A stretch of DNA of 64,000 nt from an uncultured bacterium (GTDB taxonomy: Bacteria > Patescibacteriota > Minisyncoccia > UBA6257 > 2-01-FULL-56-20). The stretch covers positions 7,888-71,887 of the forward strand of contig OY970382.1 in assembly GCA_963719425.1 (NCBI GenBank). The letters run 5' to 3'. The position numbers were made by a program, and so were the translations under genes. Positions within the stretch are counted from its first letter, which is position 1. Every line of letters begins with the position of its first letter. A model generated the notes under the pieces. That model was given only the letters and a program-made list of their open reading frames with translations, searched no databases and was not told where the DNA came from. This document shows, piece by piece, positions 44,824 to 54,082 of this stretch.

Positions 44824-46590
44824 TTATAGAACCTTTTTTTCTATTTCATTTCCGATTTTCCTTACGAAAAGTTCAAGTTTTTGTGCGCCCTCGTCTCCTT
44901 TTCTCGTCCGTACGGCCACCGTGCCGTTTTTTTGTTCTTTTTCGCCGACCACAAGGACATAGGGGATTTTCATGAGTTCCGCTTCGCGGATGCGCTTGCC
45001 GAGCGATTCGTTCGCTTCGGAAAGTTCGGCGCGAATCCCTGCGGTCACGAGCGCTTTGCAAACCTTCCTCGCATACTCGGAAAATTTTTCGCTGACCGGG
45101 AGCACCGTCGCCTGCACGGGCGCAAGCCACACAGGGAAGACGCCTGCAAAGTGTTCAATGAGCACGCCGAGGAACCGTTCAATAGAACCCATGATGGCGG
45201 CGTGGATCATCACGATTCGCTCATGCTCGCCCTTTTCGTTTACGCAGAAAAGATCAAAACGCTCCGGCATGTTCATGTCCAACTGGATGGTCGCCACCTG
45301 GTGTTCGCGGCCAAGGGCATCCTTTGCCATGAAGTCCAACTTAGGGCCGTAGAACGCCGCTTCGCCCACGCCGTCAAATGCATCCGCTTTTTTCTCCGCG
45401 GCGATCTCACGGAGCATGGTTTCCGCCTGCTTCCATCGTTTCGCGTCGCCCAGATATTTTTCGGGATGCGCCGGGTCGTGGAGTGAGAGCCGCACGCGAA
45501 GCGAAAAACCGAAGGCGCCATAGAATTCGTGCACGATATCCCAGATTTTCCCAAATTCCTCTTTGGCCTGCGACTCGCGGCAGAAGACATGCGCATCGTC
45601 CTGCGTGATCGCGAGGACGCGCGTGAGCCCCGCGAGTTCACCCGATTGCTCGTCGCGATATACTTTGGTCGTCGTGGCATATCGCTGCGGGAGCTCTCGG
45701 TAGCTCCATTGCCGGCGCGCGTAGATCTGCACGTGGTGCGGGCAGTTCATCGGCTTCATAACGAAGAGGCGCCCCTCGCGCGTCGTTATTTTGAAAAGAT
45801 CATCTTTGAATTTTTCCCAATGGCCGCTTGTTTCATAAAGCTCTTTTTTGGCGAGATGAGGAATGTCCACTTGCACGTAGCCGCGCTTTTCGCGGAGTTC
45901 CCAAACGAAATCGTCCAAAAGATTGCGGAGGAGCGTGCCGCGCGGCGTCCAAAGGGGGAGCCCCGGCCCCACAAGGTCCGAAAACGTAAAAAGATCCAGT
46001 TGCTGGCCAAGCTTTTTGTGATCACGCTTCTCGGCTTCCTCGCGGAGGTTCAAGAAGTCCTCCAGCTCTTTTTTACTCCCGAACGCGAGGCCGTAGATGC
46101 GCTGGAGCATTGGGTTTTTCTCGCTCCCGCGCCAATAGGCGCCCGCAATCTTATCCAGCTTGAACCCGTCCAGCGGAATTTCTTTCGTGTTCGGGACGTG
46201 ACCTCCGCGGCACAAATCCAAAAAAATCTCGCCCGTGCGATAGACGGAAACCTTCCCGCGGGCATCCGCATGGGCATCTGCGAGTTCTTTGATAAGCTCC
46301 AGTTTGAACGGTTGTTTTGCAAATAGCTTTTTTGCATCGGCGGCAGAAATCTCCTCGCCCGTGAACAGCAGGTTCTTTTTCGCGAATTCGCGCATCGTTT
46401 TCTCAAGCGTCTTCAAATCCTCCGGCGCGAGCGTGTGTGGGAGGAGGAAGTCGTAATAAAAGCCGTTCTCGATCGTGGGGCCGATGCCGAGTTTCGCGTC
46501 CGGAAATTCTTTCAAAACCGCCGCCGCGAGCAAGTGTGCAAGCGAGTGGCGGATGGCATCCAAGGATGGTGCGGTTTCAGATTTCGGCAT
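44824..46590 (-). CDS. thrS: Threonyl-tRNA synthetase
   Basis: RHSLAHLLA, DLCRGGH, GAYWRG, RDHKKLG, KPMNCP, AAFYGPK, GSIERF. Confidence 0.97.
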   Translation of the reverse strand: MPKSETAPSLDAIRHSLAHLLAAAVLKEFPDAKLGIGPTIENGFYYDFLLPHTLAPEDLKTLEKTMREFAKKNLLFTGEEISAADAKKLFAKQPFKLELIKELADAHADARGKVSVYRTGEIFLDLCRGGHVPNTKEIPLDGFKLDKIAGAYWRGSEKNPMLQRIYGLAFGSKKELEDFLNLREEAEKRDHKKLGQQLDLFTFSDLVGPGLPLWTPRGTLLRNLLDDFVWELREKRGYVQVDIPHLAKKELYETSGHWEKFKDDLFKITTREGRLFVMKPMNCPHHVQIYARRQWSYRELPQRYATTTKVYRDEQSGELAGLTRVLAITQDDAHVFCRESQAKEEFGKIWDIVHEFYGAFGFSLRVRLSLHDPAHPEKYLGDAKRWKQAETMLREIAAEKKADAFDGVGEAAFYGPKLDFMAKDALGREHQVATIQLDMNMPERFDLFCVNEKGEHERIVMIHAAIMGSIERFLGVLIEHFAGVFPVWLAPVQATVLPVSEKFSEYARKVCKALVTAGIRAELSEANESLGKRIREAELMKIPYVLVVGEKEQKNGTVAVRTRKGDEGAQKLELFVRKIGNEIEKKVL

Positions 46591-46668
46591 GTATAGCCAT
46601 TGTAAGCCAGAAACCCAGCATCTTCAAGCTTCACCTTTCGCATTCAATGGTATAGAATGAAAATCAAT

Positions 46669-47943
46669 ATGTTGGATATCAAATTTATCCGCGAGAACGC
46701 AGAGCTCCTGAAGGACGTTGCGGCAAAAAAGAATTTGGATCCGAAGGTGATTGACGAGCTTCTCCGCGTGGACAAGGCGCGGCGGGAGCGCATCCAGGCC
46801 GCCGAGGGATTGCGCGCGAAGCAGAAAACAACAAAAGACCGCGAGGAGGCAAGGAAGTTGAAGGCGCAGTTCAAGAGCGAAGAGGAGGAACTAAAGACGC
46901 GAGAGCGGGAGTTTAATGAACTGATGGCGCTCGTGCCGAATATTATTTCGCCCGACACGCCGATCGGGAAGAGCGGCGAGGACAATCCCGAGATCTATCG
47001 CTGGGGGAAGCAAAGGGAATTTGATTTCACGCCAAAAGACCACATAGAGCTCGGCACGTCGTTGGATATTCTGGATTTTGAGCGGGGGACAAAAGTCGCG
47101 GGCTTTCGCGGCTATTACGTGAAGAACGACGGGGCGCTTTTGACCATGGGCATCATGATGTACGCCCTGCATAAGATGGTGGAAAAGGGATACAAGCCGA
47201 TGATCCCGCCGACGCTCGTGAAGGGCTTCGCGCTCTTCGGCAGCGGCTATTTCAAAGGATTTGAGTACGATCCGGCGGTTGATGAGATTTATCAGATAGC
47301 AACCTCGGACAGGGAAGCGAGCGGGGAATTGAGCCGCGAGAAGAAATTCCTCGTGGGGACTGCGGAGCCGTCGCTCCTCGCATACTTTGCCGACGAGACG
47401 CTCAAGGCGGAAGATCTGCCGATCAAAGTGTGCGGGTATAGCCAGTGCTATCGGAGCGAGATAGGCAGCTACGGAAAGGACGTGAAGGGGATGTACCGGG
47501 TCCATGAATTTATGAAAGTGGAACAGGTGGTGGTCGCCGAAGCCGACATTCCAAAAGCGAACAAGCTTCAGGACGAGATGACGACGATTTCCGGCGAGAT
47601 GCACGAAGAGCTCGGACTGCCCTATCGGCGCATACAGCTCTGCTCGGGCGACATGAGCCCGGGGAAATATCGCGCATTTGATCTGGAAGCATGGCTTCCC
47701 GCGAGCAAGCGCTGGGCGGAAACCGGTTCGGCGAGCGATTTTCTGGACTGGCAGGCGCGCCGGTTAAATGTGAAGTACGTCGACGCCGCGGGAAACAAAA
47801 AGTACGCGTACTTGCTCAACAACACGGCGCTTCCTAGTCCGCGGATTTTCATGGCAATCTTGGAAAATTATCAGACGAAAGACAGCAAGGTTGAGGTGCC
47901 GAAGGTGTTGCAGAAATACGTTGGAAAGAGCGTGATTGGATGA
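46669..47943 (+). CDS. serS: Seryl-tRNA synthetase
   Basis: MLDIKFIREN, GTAE, CYRSEIG, RVHEF.KVE, DLEAW.P, LNNT. Confidence 0.95.
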   Translation: MLDIKFIRENAELLKDVAAKKNLDPKVIDELLRVDKARRERIQAAEGLRAKQKTTKDREEARKLKAQFKSEEEELKTREREFNELMALVPNIISPDTPIGKSGEDNPEIYRWGKQREFDFTPKDHIELGTSLDILDFERGTKVAGFRGYYVKNDGALLTMGIMMYALHKMVEKGYKPMIPPTLVKGFALFGSGYFKGFEYDPAVDEIYQIATSDREASGELSREKKFLVGTAEPSLLAYFADETLKAEDLPIKVCGYSQCYRSEIGSYGKDVKGMYRVHEFMKVEQVVVAEADIPKANKLQDEMTTISGEMHEELGLPYRRIQLCSGDMSPGKYRAFDLEAWLPASKRWAETGSASDFLDWQARRLNVKYVDAAGNKKYAYLLNNTALPSPRIFMAILENYQTKDSKVEVPKVLQKYVGKSVIG

Positions 47944-48776
47944 AGATCGGCGTATTTGATTCGGGCCTCGGCGGATTGTTCATCATGCGGGCTTTGGCGC
48001 GCGAACTTCCGCAATATGATTACGTTTATCTCGGCGACACGCAGCGGGTGCCGTACGGCAATCGCTCTCCCGAAACTGTACACCGTTTTTTGGAAGAGGC
48101 GGTGGGATATCTTTTCCGCGTGAAAAATTGCGGGCTTATTATCGTCGCATGCAACACGGCTTCCGCGGAGGCGCTTCGCAAAATCCAGCGGCAATATCTC
48201 CCCCGGCATTATCCCACGCGCAGGGTGCTCGGCGTGATCATCCCCACCGTGGAAGAGGCGCTCGCCCAGCACCATTTTTTGAAAGAAAATGGTGCTGGGC
48301 GAGCGGATCCACACGTAAAGCGGCTCGGCGTGCTCGCCACCGCGGGCACTGTCCGGTCGGGGACATATGTGCGCGAGGCGCGCAAGCTGAATCCGCGTGT
48401 GAAGGTTTTCCAAAACGCGGCGCCGTTGCTCGTTCCTTTGGTTGAAAACGACGGGCTGCGTTGGGCGGGACCGATTGTACACGCGTATCTCGCGCCGCTC
48501 ACGCGGAAAAAAGTAGAAAAGATCGTTTTAGGATGCACGCATTATCCGGCTCTCAAAAAAATGATCCAAAAGATAGCCGGCGTTCCTGTGATTTCCCAGG
48601 ACGAACTCATTCCGCGCAAGCTAAAAGATTATTTAAGACGCCATCCCGAGATAGATTCGCAGCTCGGCAAAAAGCGCAAAAGGGAACTCCTCGTTACCGA
48701 TATCACGCCGGCGTATGTGCGGTTGTCCCGCAAGTGGTTTGGGAAAGCCGCAAAACTGAAGCGTGTTGCGTTGTGA
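47940..48776 (+). CDS. murI: Glutamate racemase
   Basis: IGVFDSGLGG, GD..RVPYG, VACNTAS, LGCTHYP. Confidence 0.95.
   Translation: MKIGVFDSGLGGLFIMRALARELPQYDYVYLGDTQRVPYGNRSPETVHRFLEEAVGYLFRVKNCGLIIVACNTASAEALRKIQRQYLPRHYPTRRVLGVIIPTVEEALAQHHFLKENGAGRADPHVKRLGVLATAGTVRSGTYVREARKLNPRVKVFQNAAPLLVPLVENDGLRWAGPIVHAYLAPLTRKKVEKIVLGCTHYPALKKMIQKIAGVPVISQDELIPRKLKDYLRRHPEIDSQLGKKRKRELLVTDITPAYVRLSRKWFGKAAKLKRVAL
48259..48305. repeat. Intragenic palindrome in murI
   Basis: 20-bp perfect arms cgctcgcccagcaccatttt/aaaatggtgctgggcgagcg. Confidence 0.88.
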
Positions 48777-48864
48777 GATAAAACTCACCCGTCTGGATCA
48801 ATGGTTATGCGCGCGGGTATCGGGGGACGATAGGAAATGAGCTATAATCTACGTATCTGGAGAT

Positions 48865-49692
48865 ATGCCCGGCATGTACAAGTATGGTAGGGTGGTCGCA
48901 TTCTGCGCCACGGTATGCTGGCTGTTATTCATGTTCTCCGCCTTCCGGGGATTCCACTTTTGGTACGCGGGGTTTGTTTTCTTCTTCTGGTTGGCGCTCG
49001 CCTCGCTCAATTATCGGCATGATACGAGCTTATGGCTTTTCAGAAATAAATTCCGCTCATTTTTCTTTTTCTATCTTCAGATTGTCGTTCTTACCTTTTT
49101 CGTTGATTTTATCATTGGACAGCGGCTCACGGGTTTCTGGAGTTATCCATATTACAATTCAGTGTGGGATTGGCTAAGGTTGCTCCTCGTTATTTATCCT
49201 TTCGGCGGTCTCGCGGTTTTAGAGCTGGTTTATTTCCTCGCCGCGCTTTTTGGTGAGCGATTTCATTTCATCAGCAGACAGAAGACAACTGTGCACCGCG
49301 TGGTAGATGCGGTTGATATCCTTTGGGTTTATCTTCTTTACTTTCTTATCTTTACCTCGCCACTCCTTCTCCTTGTCAATGTTGGCCTTGGCTACAGAGT
49401 TTTCATGTTCGTAGTAGCCCTTGGTTGGCCGGTCGTTGCCACCATTAAGTTCTGGTACCATATTGCCCATTGGCTGCATTGGGTTCTGATTCTCGTTGCT
49501 ACCGCACTTCTTTCGGTTATGCTTCACGAATTTCCCAATGTCGGCGTTTTTGAGTGGAAATATCAGAACCTGCCGGTGCTTAACCAAAGCATCTTAGGGA
49601 TTCCCCTCGGCGTCATCTTTGGCTGGTATGTGCTTGTGATCGGTGTATTTCGGATCTGGCTCTACTTTGCGGTTGGGAAGAGACAGGATTGA
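48865..49692 (+). CDS. Hypothetical polytopic membrane protein
   Basis: About 8 hydrophobic segments with repeated WxY motifs (FWSYP, EWKY); AT-richer than flanks. Confidence 0.7.
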   Translation: MPGMYKYGRVVAFCATVCWLLFMFSAFRGFHFWYAGFVFFFWLALASLNYRHDTSLWLFRNKFRSFFFFYLQIVVLTFFVDFIIGQRLTGFWSYPYYNSVWDWLRLLLVIYPFGGLAVLELVYFLAALFGERFHFISRQKTTVHRVVDAVDILWVYLLYFLIFTSPLLLLVNVGLGYRVFMFVVALGWPVVATIKFWYHIAHWLHWVLILVATALLSVMLHEFPNVGVFEWKYQNLPVLNQSILGIPLGVIFGWYVLVIGVFRIWLYFAVGKRQD

Positions 49693-49744
49693 CCGTCTGG
49701 ATACCGCACCTTTGAGCAGCCAGTTGAATTCAGACTGGAATCCG

Positions 49745-50881
49745 CTACGGGTAGACGATTCTCCGTATCTGCGCGGGAAGACGGATGAATATTTCGTACG
49801 GGATCGTCCCGCAGAGCTTTGCCATGTTTTCTACGGAGTTCGGCGCGCCGCGCTCGGCGCTCACGACGAGCACTTCGTCGTCTATCTGTGGATAGGGAAC
49901 TCGCGAGACGTTAATGGAAGTCATGTTCATATTGATGCGGCCGACATAGGGGCAGGGGACGCCGGCTACGGTGGCCGTGCCGCGATTTGAAAGCCGGCGG
50001 TCAATGCCTTCCGCGTAGCCGACGGGGATCGTGGCAACAGTCATCGCGCGTTTGGCTTTGAAGGCCGCGTTGTAGCCGACGCTCTCGCTGGCCGCGATCT
50101 TTCGCACCGATGTGATGCATGTTTTCATTTCAAGTGCGGGCAGGAGGTCCATGGTACGGTCCAAGCTCGTGTTTATGCCATAGAGGCCGATGCCGAGGCG
50201 CATCATATTCGCGTCAATCTCGCGGGCGTAGCGGCTTCCGGCGGTGTTCGCCAGATGGAAAAAGCGCACACTCGCTGCCTCGCGGACCTCGCGTACGGCG
50301 GCATTCCATCGCTTGATCTGTATCTTTGTGAGCGCGGATTTCGGAGTGTCGGCGTCGGCAAGGTGGGAATACACTCCCTCAAACGTGATGTGTTTGCTAC
50401 GGCCCACGATGCAGAGCGCTTCTCCCAGTTCTTCAGGGAGGACGCCCTGTCGGTGCATGCCGGTGTCAATTTTAAGGTGAATGGTGATGGGATGCCGCTG
50501 CACGAGGGAGAGCCGCTGCAGTTCGGGGAGGCTTGTGACGCTGAATAACACGTTCTTCAACGTGCTCCGCAGAATGTTCGGGAGCGGCGTGTAGCCGAGG
50601 ATGAGCAGCGGCGTGCGCACGCCCTCGTTTCTCAAAATGAGCGCTTCCACGTACGAATCCACACACAGAAAGGGGAGCGATTGGTCGTCAAGAATCTTTG
50701 CAACCTGGACAAGGCCGTGGCCATACGCATTGCTTTTGAGCACAGGAGCGATTGCGACGCCCGGATTTGCCACCTGAAATTGCCGGAGGTTGTGGAGAAT
50801 CCGGTCGCGATAGATGACGATAATGATGAGCGGCTCATAGCGGAACCGCAGGCCTCTTAATTTGCGGAACAAAGCTCTCAT
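49745..50881 (-). CDS. alr: Alanine racemase
   Basis: VLKSNAYGHG, HLKIDTGMHRQG, SHLADAD, GYAEG, GRINMN, GTIPYE. Confidence 0.95.
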   Translation of the reverse strand: MRALFRKLRGLRFRYEPLIIIVIYRDRILHNLRQFQVANPGVAIAPVLKSNAYGHGLVQVAKILDDQSLPFLCVDSYVEALILRNEGVRTPLLILGYTPLPNILRSTLKNVLFSVTSLPELQRLSLVQRHPITIHLKIDTGMHRQGVLPEELGEALCIVGRSKHITFEGVYSHLADADTPKSALTKIQIKRWNAAVREVREAASVRFFHLANTAGSRYAREIDANMMRLGIGLYGINTSLDRTMDLLPALEMKTCITSVRKIAASESVGYNAAFKAKRAMTVATIPVGYAEGIDRRLSNRGTATVAGVPCPYVGRINMNMTSINVSRVPYPQIDDEVLVVSAERGAPNSVENMAKLCGTIPYEIFIRLPAQIRRIVYP

Positions 50882-50908
50882 AGAGTGTTATTATCATTAT
50901 ATAGGCAT

Positions 50909-51769
50909 ATGGAACTTGGCGCATACCTCTCCGACAAACAGAAAAAGCGCAAAAGGCGACGGCGGTACGCATACGCCATTCTTGCGTGCGCATTCGTTTT
51001 TTTTCTTGCGCTCGGCACAGCATGGGTTGCGTTCCGTTCGCCGTGGCTTCGTATAAAAAACATCACAATCACGGGAAATAACGCGGTATCTTCCGACAGC
51101 GTGACGACGTTGCTCCAGTCAAGCGTGCTCCGCGACCATAATTTTTTGAAGTCACTCCTCGGCATCAACAATATGCTCATCTGGCCGAGCACGCTCGCAA
51201 CGAGCGACCTTGTATTCATCCCGCAGCTTGCGTCGGTCGCGCTCGCAAAGGATTATTTTTCGCGTACGGTTACTATAGAGGTGGCAGAGCGCGCGCCGTT
51301 CGGGATATGGTGCTTCGTCTCCGGCATTTCCGGATCGCTCGCGCCCGCGGCGGTCGCATCTGGCACCGCGGCATTGGGAAACGAGAACTGTTATTGGTTT
51401 GATAGCCAGGGAGTTCTTTTTGCGAGGACGTTTGATACGCAGGGGAGCTTGATGTTCGCCATCCACGATTATTCCCAAAGCGGCCGCGGTCTCAATAACA
51501 AGGTCCTGCCGGACGAGTTCGTGCCGAATTTTGTCTCCATCATGAACGTGATTCGGGCGAGCGGCGTGCAGGTGGACGACGTGGCGCTCAAAGACATCGG
51601 CCTCCAGGAAATTGACGTCGCGACCTACGACGGCCCCACGCTCCATTTCAGTTTGCGCTTTCCGGCGGACGAAGACCTCGCGGTGCTCCAAAGCTTGATG
51701 GCAAAACCCGGCTTTGATAATTTAGCGTACATTGACTTCACGGTGGAGAACCGCGCGTATTATAAATGA
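50909..51769 (+). CDS. FtsQ/DivIB-like cell division protein
   Basis: Basic N-tail, TM helix, POTRA-like SPWLRIKNITITGN, IEVAER.P, C-terminal YIDF...NRAYYK. Confidence 0.72.
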   Translation: MELGAYLSDKQKKRKRRRRYAYAILACAFVFFLALGTAWVAFRSPWLRIKNITITGNNAVSSDSVTTLLQSSVLRDHNFLKSLLGINNMLIWPSTLATSDLVFIPQLASVALAKDYFSRTVTIEVAERAPFGIWCFVSGISGSLAPAAVASGTAALGNENCYWFDSQGVLFARTFDTQGSLMFAIHDYSQSGRGLNNKVLPDEFVPNFVSIMNVIRASGVQVDDVALKDIGLQEIDVATYDGPTLHFSLRFPADEDLAVLQSLMAKPGFDNLAYIDFTVENRAYYK

Positions 51770-51906
51770 GCTCATAATCCTCCTGTCTTCGGTGAGAACC
51801 AAGCACGTTTTTAAAAGTTGTTCGAATCCAGTTATGGAAAGATTTGCATGAGACGAAACCAAAGGTGAATTTTCTTTGGGAAAATCGGAAAAACTAAATC
51901 AACTTC

Positions 51907-53877
51907 TTATTGAAGATGGTAAATGAAGATTGAGGTACCGGCACGGAAGTCCGGGGCGGGGACGCTGCCCATACCGGACGCAGGAGGCCGTAGTGCCATG
52001 AGCCACGAATAGGTGTCGGAGGCGTTACGGGTTTGGTTAGGAGCGAGCGGCTGAATCGCGCCTTCAAGCGTATTTACGGAAATGGCGAGCCAGTGGATGC
52101 CCTGATCCGCGGGATTGCCCTTAGAGGAGGACCAATCCACTTCCTTGTTCCCCAAGTAATAGTGCGGGTTTCCGCCGCCGAAGTAGTCCACGGCAATCTT
52201 GTCCACTTCGGGATGCGCGGTAACCCATGTCTGCAATCGCAAAAGATCTTGCCCCCAATCGTAGTTTGAGTCGGTCACGTAGTGATAGCCGTTCCAAATG
52301 CCGCCACCGAGTTCGTTGAAATAGGAAAGGAAATATGGCGCAGCGAAAAGGGTTTCAAGGAAAAGCCAAACAACCAAAACGATAAGGATCAAATATTTGA
52401 TGCTTGCTCGCGCAAAGGATTTTGCCGCGGCACCGATGGATGCGCCGATTGAGGTGAGCGTCGCGTTGCCCGAGGGCGGGAAGCGGAAAGTGATATTCGT
52501 GATCCACTTTTTCCAGACGCCGGCGGCAAGGATATAGATGAAAGGAAGCGTGGGCATCAAATGGCGGAAGCCGATATTCAACGGGCTTTGCATGCTGTAG
52601 CCCCAATAGAGTACGATGAACGACACCATGGCGAATTCCGGAAGGTTCACGCCGATGTAATCCAAAATGCGTTGCCCCCGGCGTCGGCCAAGGTACGAAT
52701 CGCGCTTGATCATCCACCAGACGGCGAGCACGAGTGCCACGAGCACAATAATGAGCGTGGGGATGGGCTCTTTAAGGAGGAAGAGGAGAGGGAAATATTC
52801 TGGGCCGCCGGCACCGCGCACTTCGCCCCGGAAGTAGATAGTATTGCCGCCGGCGGATCGTTGGAACACCATAAGGATCCCAAGCATATATTGCGCGAGC
52901 GGCCGCAGTACGGGACTTTTGGCCATCCAGATATCAAGGTCGGCAAGACAGCGCAAGCCTGCGCAGTGCGCGCCCGCGGGCGTGGGACCGTTTGCGAAAG
53001 AACCAAGAATGAACTGCGTATCGGAGACTTGTTTTGCGATGGGATAATTGACAGTGAAAAGGAAATAGATCGGGTAGACGATGAACACGTAGCCGATCGC
53101 GAAGATGAGAATAAGGTGCCACAGCCACCGGAGATCACGCATAAGAAATGTTTTGAAACGCCGTGACTGCTCCATTGTGCCGTGTTCGGTGATGACGTTG
53201 CGGAGCCAGAGCACGAAGGCAAGAAAAATGAATAGCGGCACGAGGAACGGCGTGGAGAATTTCGTGATCTGCGCGACGCCGAAAGAAAGGCCGGCGTACC
53301 AAAGATGTTTCGTGGATGGTGATTCCACGAACTTCAAAAAGTAGTACGTGGCGAAGATAACGCCAAAGGCGGCGCCGACGTCCGTCGTCACGTAGTGTCC
53401 GTGCGCAAGGACAGTGGGATCAAGTCCGAAGAGTGCTGCGGGCAGAAGCGCCCACCAGTTGCCCATGAGTCCGCGCGCGAGAAGATAGATAAAGAGTATG
53501 ACGAGAAGCGTGATCAAAATCGGGATAATGCGCGCGGTTTGGATGATCGTGTTCGCATCATTGCCCATTTGATAGAGGAATTGCGCGCCGACATCCCATT
53601 GCGCGTTCACCTGATTCTGCCATGCGTCGCTTTGGACCGGGAAGGTGGGGTTTAAGAAAAGCGTGGGCAACATCGCGAGCGCCTTTATGAGCGGCGGATG
53701 CTCGGGATTCAGGCGGTAGTCAAGATTGTGCACGTAGCCGTAGCCTGCCGGAATGTGCGCGAGCTCGTCCATAATAGCCGAGTCGGTGCGCGAGGCCCAC
53801 AACATGAGCGAGAAAGAAGCGAGGCAAACGAGGGCGAGCGTCCACCACGCAAGACAAGAAGAAGTTTTCTTGAACAT
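51907..53877 (-). CDS. GT-C glycosyltransferase (ArnT/PMT-like, family 39)
   Basis: DELAHI.AG, NPEHPPL.K, HGHYVTTD, KFS, DSNYDWGQD and many TM helices. Confidence 0.85.
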   Translation of the reverse strand: MFKKTSSCLAWWTLALVCLASFSLMLWASRTDSAIMDELAHIPAGYGYVHNLDYRLNPEHPPLIKALAMLPTLFLNPTFPVQSDAWQNQVNAQWDVGAQFLYQMGNDANTIIQTARIIPILITLLVILFIYLLARGLMGNWWALLPAALFGLDPTVLAHGHYVTTDVGAAFGVIFATYYFLKFVESPSTKHLWYAGLSFGVAQITKFSTPFLVPLFIFLAFVLWLRNVITEHGTMEQSRRFKTFLMRDLRWLWHLILIFAIGYVFIVYPIYFLFTVNYPIAKQVSDTQFILGSFANGPTPAGAHCAGLRCLADLDIWMAKSPVLRPLAQYMLGILMVFQRSAGGNTIYFRGEVRGAGGPEYFPLLFLLKEPIPTLIIVLVALVLAVWWMIKRDSYLGRRRGQRILDYIGVNLPEFAMVSFIVLYWGYSMQSPLNIGFRHLMPTLPFIYILAAGVWKKWITNITFRFPPSGNATLTSIGASIGAAAKSFARASIKYLILIVLVVWLFLETLFAAPYFLSYFNELGGGIWNGYHYVTDSNYDWGQDLLRLQTWVTAHPEVDKIAVDYFGGGNPHYYLGNKEVDWSSSKGNPADQGIHWLAISVNTLEGAIQPLAPNQTRNASDTYSWLMALRPPASGMGSVPAPDFRAGTSIFIYHLQ

Positions 53878-54082
53878 TGCTTATATTATAGCGTAGAACC
53901 CATCTCACATGTAGGATATTTGTCTCTTCCGGCCAGTTTCGGCTACGAAAAGCGAATTCCTCCTTGAAATACCAATAGGTATTCCTTCGTCGGAATTCGC
54001 TATTCTCGCACGAAACTGGCTCGGAACATACAAACACCTACATGTGAGATGGGTTCCAAAGAGATGATGGTACAATACAATT

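Noticed and set aside
46261-46283. 12-nt tandem duplication in thrS (ADAH-ADAR)
   Set aside because: It has only two imperfect units, consistent with ordinary loop variation.
51813-51830. aaaagttgttcgaatcca as another type A site
   Set aside because: It lacks the GCAC-ending half and has no adjacent cargo gene.
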